Below are positions 17,026-24,068 of a stretch of 28,734 nucleotides of DNA, one piece after another. Position 1 is the stretch's first letter; the number at the start of each line of letters is the position of its first letter. The DNA is taken from positions 1-28,734 of IMG/VR virus record IMGVR_UViG_3300020593_000112; one strand, given 5' to 3'. The notes beneath the pieces were generated by a model. That model was given only the letters and a program-made list of their open reading frames with translations, was not told where the DNA came from and searched no databases. The stretch comes from a virus (taxonomy: Duplodnaviria; Caudoviricetes). The translations under genes were made by a program, and so were the position numbers.

Positions 17026-17147
17026 AAGACGCGATGGCCGACCTGGCCTCGGTGTTCCATTGGAGCCCCGAAACGATGGATGCGTTTGAACTGACCGAGC
17101 TTGCAGATTGGCGCGAACGCGCCAGGGTTCGGTCGCAACCGGAATAG
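16672..17147 (+). CDS. gpE+E': gpE+E' extended chaperone produced by -1 programmed frameshift at the T7 run (16980-16986)
   Basis: The -1 frame is open across the T run and encodes MADLASVFHWSP..MDAFELTELADWRERA, the GpE' signature. Confidence 0.88.
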
Positions 17148-17151
17148 GACG

Positions 17152-19749
17152 ATGGATAAGGCGCTGACCTTGCGGGTACTGGCCGCGCTGCAAGACAAGC
17201 TTTCTGGCCCGCTTGGCCGTATTCGCGGGGCCAGCGCCAAATCCAGCAACGCCCTGACCGCGCTACGCGACAAGCTGCGGGTACTGAATGCCGCGCAGCG
17301 CGACATCAACGAGTTCCGCAGCTTGGGGCAGGGTCTGCGCAGCAGCCGCGCCGAGCTGGCCGCCGCCCAGCAGCGCGTCGCCACGCTGGCGCGCGAGCTG
17401 CGCGCCACCAGCGAACCCACACGCACCATGCGGCGCGACTTCGACCGCGCCAAGGCCAGCGCCGCCGCCCTGAAAGAGCAGGTACGCCAGCAATCCATAC
17501 AGATGCAGACCGTGCGAACACGGTTGAACGATGCCGGCTATGCCACTAGCAGTCTGGTGGCGTCGGAACGGCGCTTACGCGCTGCCCTCGCGGAGACGAA
17601 CAGCGCGCTTTCGCAACAGCAGGCGCGGCTGAAGGCCGTAGCCGCCCAACAGCAGCGCGCAGCCGCCCAGCAGGCCCGCTACCAGCGGGCCCGCGAATCC
17701 TACGAGCGCGGCCGGGGGCTGGCGGGCAACATGGCGGGCCTGGGCGCCGGCGGCCTGGTGGCCGGCGGCGGCATGCTGTACGCCGGTACCCGCTTCATTG
17801 CGCCGGGCTTTGATTTCGACGCGTCCATGAGCAAGGTTCAGGCGCTCGCCCGCTTGGACAAGCAGGATGCCGAGATGCAGGCGCTGCGCAAGCAGGCCCG
17901 CGACCTGGGCGCCTCGACGATGTTCACCGCCGGTCAGGCCGCCGAAGCGCAGGGCTTTCTGGCGATGGCGGGCTTTAATCCGCAGGCCATTCTAGATTCC
18001 ATGCCGGGCATGCTGTCGCTGGCCAAGGCCGGCGACACTGACCTGGCCATGACGGCCGACATTGCGTCCAACATCCTGACAGGATTTGACCTGCAAGCAC
18101 GTCAGATGCCACGCGTGGCCGATGTGCTGGTGGGCACCTTCACGCGGTCCAACACCAGCATGCTGATGCTGGGCGATACCATGAAGTATGTCGCGCCCGT
18201 GGCCGCTGGCGTCGGCCAAGACCTGGAAACCGCCGCCGCCATGGCCGGAAAACTGGGCGATGCGGGCATACAGGGCAGTATGGGAGGCACCGCGCTGCGC
18301 GCGATCCTGGGCCGGCTGGCGGCGCCGCCGAAGATGGCGGCCGATGCGCTGAAGGAACTGGGTATCAAGACCAAGACGGCGCAAGGCAACATGCGCGCTA
18401 TGCCCGACATCCTGCTGGACATCTACAACAAAACCAAGAAGATGGGCAACGCCCAGCGCGCCGGCTATTTCAAGCACATCGCGGGCGAGGAAGCATTCAG
18501 CGCGCTGCAAGTGCTGACGAAGCAGGCCGGCTCAGGTGAGCTGCAAAAGTTCATCGCCACGCTACGGCAGACCACGGGTGAGGCGGAGAAAGTGGCCGGC
18601 GTCATGGCTGACAACGCACGCGGCGATCTGGACGAGATGTCCAGCGCCTGGGAAGACCTTGGGATCGAAATCGAGGAAATGAAAGATGGCCCGCTGCGTG
18701 GCCTGATCCAGGGTATTACCGAGGGAATCGGCGCAGTCAAGGCCTGGGTGTCGGCACACCCAGCGCTGGCGGGCGCACTCATCACAGGCGCGGCCGGCCT
18801 GGCGCTACTGGTAGCCGGTTTGGGCGGCCTCACCTTGGCGCTGGCCAGCGTCCTGGGGCCATTTGTGATCGTGCGGTACGCGATGACCCTATTTGGCATC
18901 CGCAGCCTGGGCCTGGCCGGCGCCCTGGGCAGGCTGGGCCGCAACATCCTGCCCATGGTGGGCCGTGGAATTCTGTTTATCGGGCGCGCCCTGATGATGA
19001 ATCCCATTGGATTGGCCGTTACCGCCATCGGTCTGGCCGCCCTAGCCATTTATCAGTATTGGCGGCCGATCACAGCGTTTTTCGGGGAGCTGTGGCAGCA
19101 AGTGCAGGAAGCGTTCGCCGGCGGCATCGGCGCCGTGGGCGCGCTGCTGGTGAACTGGTCACCCATGGGTCTGCTGTACCAGGGCTTTGCGGCCGCCTTA
19201 TCGGCCCTGAGCATCGAGCTGCCGGCCAAGTTCACCGAGTTTGGCGGCATGTTGATGCAAGGCTTGATCAACGGCATCACCAGCATGGCCGGCGCCGTGA
19301 AAGACGCCGTTACCGGCATGGGCGACGGTGTGGTGGGTTGGTTCAAGGAAAAGCTGGGCATTCGCTCGCCGAGCCGGGTTTTCGTCGGCATGGGCGAGTT
19401 CGTATCGGAAGGCGCGGCCGTGGGCATCGCCCGTGCCCAGCCGACCGCCGTACGGGCCGCCCAGGCGCTTGCGGCATCGGTAGCAATGGGTGGGGCACTG
19501 GCGGCGCCGTCAGCGGCTGCATTCGGCTCTGGTGAGCCCATCGCCGCGCACTTCGACACCCGCCCGCCGGTGTCGGCCGGCCGCAGCGCCGCGCCCGTGA
19601 TCGTCCAGGGCGACACGATCCACATTCACATTGCGCCGGCCGCTGGCATGTCGGCGCCGGATATTGCTCGCGCGGTCGAAGAAGCCTTGCGGCAGCGCGA
19701 GCGCGACAAGGCCGCGCGTGCGCGCTCCGCCTACCTGGATAACGATTGA
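17152..19749 (+). CDS. gpT: Tail tape measure protein (TP901-family core), P2 gpT
   Basis: Ala-rich helical protein; FDASMSKVQAL, FLAMAGF, GIQGSMGGTALR, NPIGL and KLGIRSPSRVF motifs; start at ATG 17152. Confidence 0.96.
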   Translation: MDKALTLRVLAALQDKLSGPLGRIRGASAKSSNALTALRDKLRVLNAAQRDINEFRSLGQGLRSSRAELAAAQQRVATLARELRATSEPTRTMRRDFDRAKASAAALKEQVRQQSIQMQTVRTRLNDAGYATSSLVASERRLRAALAETNSALSQQQARLKAVAAQQQRAAAQQARYQRARESYERGRGLAGNMAGLGAGGLVAGGGMLYAGTRFIAPGFDFDASMSKVQALARLDKQDAEMQALRKQARDLGASTMFTAGQAAEAQGFLAMAGFNPQAILDSMPGMLSLAKAGDTDLAMTADIASNILTGFDLQARQMPRVADVLVGTFTRSNTSMLMLGDTMKYVAPVAAGVGQDLETAAAMAGKLGDAGIQGSMGGTALRAILGRLAAPPKMAADALKELGIKTKTAQGNMRAMPDILLDIYNKTKKMGNAQRAGYFKHIAGEEAFSALQVLTKQAGSGELQKFIATLRQTTGEAEKVAGVMADNARGDLDEMSSAWEDLGIEIEEMKDGPLRGLIQGITEGIGAVKAWVSAHPALAGALITGAAGLALLVAGLGGLTLALASVLGPFVIVRYAMTLFGIRSLGLAGALGRLGRNILPMVGRGILFIGRALMMNPIGLAVTAIGLAALAIYQYWRPITAFFGELWQQVQEAFAGGIGAVGALLVNWSPMGLLYQGFAAALSALSIELPAKFTEFGGMLMQGLINGITSMAGAVKDAVTGMGDGVVGWFKEKLGIRSPSRVFVGMGEFVSEGAAVGIARAQPTAVRAAQALAASVAMGGALAAPSAAAFGSGEPIAAHFDTRPPVSAGRSAAPVIVQGDTIHIHIAPAAGMSAPDIARAVEEALRQRERDKAARARSAYLDND

Positions 19750-19758
19750 GGTATCGCC

Positions 19759-20217
19759 ATGATGATGGCCCTGGGAATGTTTGTCTTTAGCCTGCCCACT
19801 GTGGCGTATCAGACGCTGCGCCGGCAAACGCAATGGCGCCATGCGTCCAATCCCCGGATGGGGGCCGCGCCGGGCTACCAGTACGTGGGCAAGGGTGAGG
19901 ACACATTCACCCTGTCAGGGTGGTTTGCACCCGAGCTGGCCGGCTCTGCCGGCGCGCTTAAGCTGCTGCGCCGCATGGGCGACACGGGTAAGGCTTACGT
20001 ACTGGTGGACGGATCGGGCGAAGTCTACGGGGCGTACACCATCACCGAGATTTCCGAGGAACAGACGCTGTTCTACGTCAATGGCCAGCCCCGCCGCCTG
20101 GACTTCAGCATGAACCTGGTACGGGTGGATGACAGCAAGGCACGCACGCTGCTGGACGATCTGAAATTGCCCATTGGCGCGCTCGATGGTTCGGTGTCCG
20201 ACTGGGGCCTGGCATGA
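19759..20217 (+). CDS. gpU: Tail protein, P2 gpU
   Basis: MMMALGMFVF.L.T..YQ, WRHASN.R.G and G.PRRLDFS motifs; GAGGT RBS. Confidence 0.95.
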   Translation: MMMALGMFVFSLPTVAYQTLRRQTQWRHASNPRMGAAPGYQYVGKGEDTFTLSGWFAPELAGSAGALKLLRRMGDTGKAYVLVDGSGEVYGAYTITEISEEQTLFYVNGQPRRLDFSMNLVRVDDSKARTLLDDLKLPIGALDGSVSDWGLA

Positions 20218-21287
20218 CCGCGCACGCCTATCGGCGGCCGGTATGGCGGGTAACGCTCGATGGCCAGGACATCACCGGGCGCATCGAACCGCGCCTAATC
20301 CAGCTGGCCATCACCGAATGCCGCAGCGGCGAAGCCGACCAGCTCGACATCGCGCTATCGGATCACGATGGCGCGCTCGATATCCCATCGCGCGGCGTGC
20401 GGCTGCGCGTATTCCTGGGTTGGGATGATGCGGGCCTCGTCGATAAAGGGACATTTCTGGTTGATGAAGTGGAATACAGCGGGCCGCCCGACCGGATCAC
20501 GCTGCGCGCCCGTAGCGCCGACATGACGTCGGCGCTGCGCACCCGCAACGAGCGCAGTTTCCACGGCAAGACCATTGAGCAAATCACCAACACCATTGCC
20601 CAAGCCCATGGGCTGACCGCGACGGTCGGCAAGATGTTTGCCAGCGTCAAGGTGGCACATATCGACCAGACCAACGAATCGGACCTGGCTTTTTTGAACC
20701 GCATTGGCAAGCGGTACGACGCGGTAGCAACGATCAAGGATGGCCGCCTGTTGCTGCTGCCCATCGAACACGGGCAGACCGCCACCGGCAGGGACATGCC
20801 GACGGTCACGCTGGTGCGGTCGGACGGCGACCGCCTGCGCTTTCACAGTGCCGACCGTGATTCCTATACCGGCGTTCGCGCCTATTGGCAGGACAAGAAA
20901 GGCGGCAAGCGGCGCAGTGTGGTGGCGGGCGTCATCGGCAATGCCAAGCGCATGCGCCAGCTATTCGCCAGCGAGAAAGATGCGCTGGACAACGCGCGGG
21001 CCGAGTGGAAACGCCTGCAACGCGGCACCGCGACACTGGAATTTGACATGGCCTTTGGCCGCCCGGACCTGACGCCCCAGGCCAAGGTGCAACTCCCCGG
21101 CGCCAAAGCGCCTATCAATGAGATTCCCTGGCTGCTGTCGCGGGTGGTGCACCAGTTGGACGACAGCGGGCTGACTACTCGCTTTGAGGCCGAGCGGTTG
21201 GACGGCACGGGCGGCAGCGGAGAACAGCAAAGCGGTACTGATGGCGGCGACGACCTGTCTACGCTCGACGAGGACGATGCCGGATGA
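20214..21287 (+). CDS. gpD: Late control D/baseplate hub protein, P2 gpD
   Basis: EADQLDIAL.D.DG, DKGTFLVDEVE.SGPPD and HIDQTNESDLAFL.R motifs. Confidence 0.95.
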   Translation: MTAHAYRRPVWRVTLDGQDITGRIEPRLIQLAITECRSGEADQLDIALSDHDGALDIPSRGVRLRVFLGWDDAGLVDKGTFLVDEVEYSGPPDRITLRARSADMTSALRTRNERSFHGKTIEQITNTIAQAHGLTATVGKMFASVKVAHIDQTNESDLAFLNRIGKRYDAVATIKDGRLLLLPIEHGQTATGRDMPTVTLVRSDGDRLRFHSADRDSYTGVRAYWQDKKGGKRRSVVAGVIGNAKRMRQLFASEKDALDNARAEWKRLQRGTATLEFDMAFGRPDLTPQAKVQLPGAKAPINEIPWLLSRVVHQLDDSGLTTRFEAERLDGTGGSGEQQSGTDGGDDLSTLDEDDAG

Positions 21288-21299
21288 GCGCGGTTTACG

Positions 21300-21596
21300 T
21301 CATCGCGTGACGGTCATTGTTACCTGCAACACCAGCTGTACAGCCCCGATCTGAATATTGTTGTCCCCGCATATTGCCTGCTCCGAGGCAGTCTCGCCGG
21401 ATAACTGCACATTCCCACTGCCTTCGATTCTCTGGCGGCCTCGCGCTGGTATTGAGGCCTCGTCGGCAGGCGGCTTTACGCTTGCTTGCTTGAGCGATTC
21501 CAACAATGTGGAGAGGACATCTCCGCCCTGATGCTTGTCATTGCTGGAACTCCGCAAGCGGTGGACGTTCGATCCGTTTTCTTCGGGATGGTGCAT
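21300..21596 (-). CDS. Hypothetical protein (98 aa) with GSGNVQ/GDNNIQIG repeats
   Basis: AGGAAG RBS upstream; lower GC; two G-x-x-N-[VI]-Q units; converges on gpD. Confidence 0.7.
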   Translation of the reverse strand: MHHPEENGSNVHRLRSSSNDKHQGGDVLSTLLESLKQASVKPPADEASIPARGRQRIEGSGNVQLSGETASEQAICGDNNIQIGAVQLVLQVTMTVTR

Positions 21597-21734
21597 TATT
21601 GTCTTCCTACTGTGCTACGCCGGCGCCATGCTCGCGCCTGGATCGCAAGCGCTCGCAGCCCTTGCCGGCTAATAAGGGGCACCACGACCCTATCGCACCG
21701 AAGAATGAGCCGATCAAGGGCTGACAGGCAGTAC

Positions 21735-22049
21735 TTAGCCTCTTTCCAGCGCGATGCACATTGCCGCCATGGCGGCGACTTCCTGGGAATAACTGGCCTT
21801 ATCTCGTGCCACTTCATCTAGGCAGCTGGCCAGGCGCACCGACATTTCTACGATGTCAGCCTTACGCTTCGCCACCTTCGCTCCGACCACCATATCGGCG
21901 GCGGTCGCCATCTTGTTCTGTGTAAGCGCGCCGGCCCAGTCTTCGATAGTTGCCTGATGCAGCGTGCCGCCTTCATACCAATGGCCCGCCGCGCTCACCG
22001 CGCCCGGCGCGACAACCAACGCAACAACGGCCAAAGCCTTGTGGATCAT
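21735..22049 (-). CDS. Secreted/periplasmic hypothetical protein (104 aa)
   Basis: AGGAGA RBS; Sec signal peptide MIHKALAVVALVVAPGAVSA-A; two Cys in the mature part; 31 nt downstream of the repressor. Confidence 0.85.
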   Translation of the reverse strand: MIHKALAVVALVVAPGAVSAAGHWYEGGTLHQATIEDWAGALTQNKMATAADMVVGAKVAKRKADIVEMSVRLASCLDEVARDKASYSQEVAAMAAMCIALERG

Positions 22050-22080
22050 TCTTTTTTCTCCTGTGAAAGTGCTGGCGGCA

Positions 22081-22482
22081 CTACGCCGCCAACTGCAAGA
22101 CCAGTTCGGTCAGTTTTTCTTTGTCCATGGCCATTTCCGTCTTGCTGGCGTTGAAGAGCGCATCTGCGGCTTTCCGCTTTTTTGCCGGTTGCAGTGTGCG
22201 GCCGGTCGCCTCAAGTGCCAGCTCCAATGTTTCCCACGCATCGCTGAGCCGCTTTAGATCAGCCGCAAGCTGTTCCGCCGTGATCGCGCGTTGGCCAGTT
22301 ATCACGTATTGCACGTCCACGCCGGCGCGCGCGACCGCAGCGAGATAGCCGGCGTCGGGCATGCGCTTGCCGTTCTCGTAGTTCGCCTGGGCGAGCCGCT
22401 GCACCCCCCCGATTTCCGCCAGGGCCACTTGGGCCAGGTTCAGCCGTTTGCGTTCTTCTTTCAACCGCTCGCCAGTATTCAT
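22081..22482 (-). CDS. Prophage immunity repressor, XRE-family HTH
   Basis: GERLKEERKRLNLAQ..LAEIGGV....Q.NYE.GKR.PDAGYL..V...GVDVQYVITG; divergent from the early operon. Confidence 0.93.
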   Translation of the reverse strand: MNTGERLKEERKRLNLAQVALAEIGGVQRLAQANYENGKRMPDAGYLAAVARAGVDVQYVITGQRAITAEQLAADLKRLSDAWETLELALEATGRTLQPAKKRKAADALFNASKTEMAMDKEKLTELVLQLAA

Positions 22483-22526
22483 AAGATTGCAGTATCCTTG
22501 ACAATGTATTTGAACGAATACATAAT
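22475..22526. promoter_or_regulatory. Genetic switch: early promoter TTGACA(22498-22503)-N17-CATAAT(22521-22526) with operator ATGTATT-N6-AATACAT (22504-22523)
   Basis: Consensus -35, 17-nt spacer, palindrome in the spacer; a weaker related site GTATTC-N4-GATTGC at 22475-22490 overlaps the repressor start. Confidence 0.85.
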
Positions 22527-22549
22527 TTCCTTGCCACGGTTGTTATCAA

Positions 22550-22792
22550 ATGCAAATGAACATGAAACATACATCAATTTCGTCCCGAAGCAAGAAAACG
22601 CAAGCCAGCGGAGCTAGCGGCCCCGCTCCCAAAATGATCGGTTTTCGCCTGAATCCCGCCGAACTGGAGGCCTGCACCAGGTATGCGGATGAACAGGTTC
22701 GGTCCGTTTCGTCATTCGTTCGCATGCTTGCCCTGCGCGGCCTGGCCCAATATGAGGCCGAACGTAGCGCGAGCACTGCTCGCCGTAGGTAG
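22550..22792 (+). CDS. Ribbon-helix-helix (Arc/CopG-like) DNA-binding protein in the cox/cro position
   Basis: KMIGFRL (strand)-NPAELEACTRYA (helix)-RSVSSFVRMLALRGL (helix); start ambiguous (22550/22556/22562). Confidence 0.78.
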   Translation: MQMNMKHTSISSRSKKTQASGASGPAPKMIGFRLNPAELEACTRYADEQVRSVSSFVRMLALRGLAQYEAERSASTARRR

Positions 22793-22796
22793 CGCC

Positions 22797-23078
22797 ATGA
22801 ACGTCCTTGGCATGAACTGCCCGCATTGCAAGACCTGGGCCACTGTCAGGTCGAGCGAGCAGCTGTCCCCCCTGGTACGCGCGGTGTTCTTTCAGTGCCG
22901 GCAACTGCATTGCGGGCACACCTGGAAAGCCCACCTTGAGGCCGTCCACACGATTACACCGTCGGCCGTACCGGACCCCACGGTCAACCTGCCGCTTTCC
23001 TCGCGCAGCGAGAACATGCGCCGCATCGCTGAAAGCCGCACAGATCACCGTCAACTGAGCCTAGACCATGACCAATAA
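22797..23078 (+). CDS. ogr: Ogr/Delta-family zinc-finger late transcription activator
   Basis: CPHC..ATVRSSEQLS.....FQC...HCGHTW......HTITPSA.P motif. Confidence 0.93.
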   Translation: MNVLGMNCPHCKTWATVRSSEQLSPLVRAVFFQCRQLHCGHTWKAHLEAVHTITPSAVPDPTVNLPLSSRSENMRRIAESRTDHRQLSLDHDQ

Positions 23079-23472
23079 CCAGCCTCTTTCCCTTGTCGCC
23101 GGTGGCGTCGATTGGAGCCGGAATTTCCTGGCTGACCAGGCACACCAATTCTTGCGCGTAGAGCTGAGTAACGGCGCGATCATTCCCAGTGCCCGCGACA
23201 ACAAGCTGCTGGAGCGGTGCACCGCGCACCTGATGAGCTTGTGCAATTGCTCGAAGCGAACAGCCGCCACGCAAGCGGCGCAAGCCATCGCTGAGCTGGC
23301 CAGCATGCGCAGCCGGGTCAGTTTCGATATGGACCGCAGTACGTCCTTTGCCCTGTTCGTGGTCGATCAAGCCAACGGCGTTACGCGGGTCATTTCCGCC
23401 GCCGAACTGGTCTTGCTCTTGCAGCGGGCCGAAGCCAACGGCGCCCCAGGGTCGGCCGCCCGCGCCGCCTAA
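23068..23472 (+). CDS. Hypothetical early protein (134 aa)
   Basis: Overlap-coupled to ogr; fills the operon gap; no motif recognised. Confidence 0.75.
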   Translation: MTNNQPLSLVAGGVDWSRNFLADQAHQFLRVELSNGAIIPSARDNKLLERCTAHLMSLCNCSKRTAATQAAQAIAELASMRSRVSFDMDRSTSFALFVVDQANGVTRVISAAELVLLLQRAEANGAPGSAARAA

Positions 23473-23548
23473 CAACTTACGCCCATTAACGAGAATCGCA
23501 GCGGGCGGCTCCTCGCCGCCCGCTGGTGATTGCGCCTGTCTGGAGGAT

Positions 23549-23800
23549 ATGCACATGCCAGCAACATCGCGTCTCGCCCAGGCTCACGCCGCCGCACGTC
23601 TACGTGGCACCTTGGCCGATGCGCTGCGGTCCCCGGTGCTAGCGCGCTGCCTGGAGATCACCGCCGAGGCCATGGCCGCCGATCACACGCAGCCTGTCAT
23701 GTCGCCATTCGTCAGGTGCGACCGCCCTGTATCGCCCCGTACCAAACCTACCCCGCCTCGCCGCGATGTAAAGCGTGAGAGCGCGGGAGACATGGATTAA
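23549..23800 (+). CDS. Hypothetical early protein (~83 aa) with C-terminal DVKRESAGDMD
   Basis: GGAGGA RBS before ATG 23549/23555; stop 3 nt before the next gene. Confidence 0.75.
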   Translation: MHMPATSRLAQAHAAARLRGTLADALRSPVLARCLEITAEAMAADHTQPVMSPFVRCDRPVSPRTKPTPPRRDVKRESAGDMD

Positions 23801-23803
23801 GCC

Positions 23804-24067
23804 ATGACAACACAGCAACACTCAACGCCCTCGCATAATGCCCGCCAACGCCCTACTACGCTTCACCCCGAGGCGCTGTACTCATGGAAGGATATTCAGC
23901 CTTTCGTGAGCGTCGGCCGCGAAACCTGGCGCCGTCGCGTCAACGCAGGAACCGCCCCGCAGCCCATCGTTATGAGCGCGCGTTGCACCCGCTACAGTGG
24001 CCGGGAAGTTCTGGCCTGGCTGGAATCCCCGACCACATATCGCGCCCAACAGAATGGCGGGGAATAG
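23804..24067 (+). CDS. AlpA-family winged-helix regulator/probable excisionase (RDF)
   Basis: YSWKDIQPFVSVGRETWRRRVNAGTAPQPI.MSARCTRY...EVLAWL pattern. Confidence 0.85.
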   Translation: MTTQQHSTPSHNARQRPTTLHPEALYSWKDIQPFVSVGRETWRRRVNAGTAPQPIVMSARCTRYSGREVLAWLESPTTYRAQQNGGE

Positions 24068-24068
24068 C

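Noticed and set aside
21596-21817. 73-aa minus-strand ORF bridging the two lysogeny-side genes
   Set aside because: Overlaps the secreted-protein gene by 83 nt, has a non-ATG start with no convincing RBS and an Arg-rich random composition; the spacer is better explained as structured non-coding sequence
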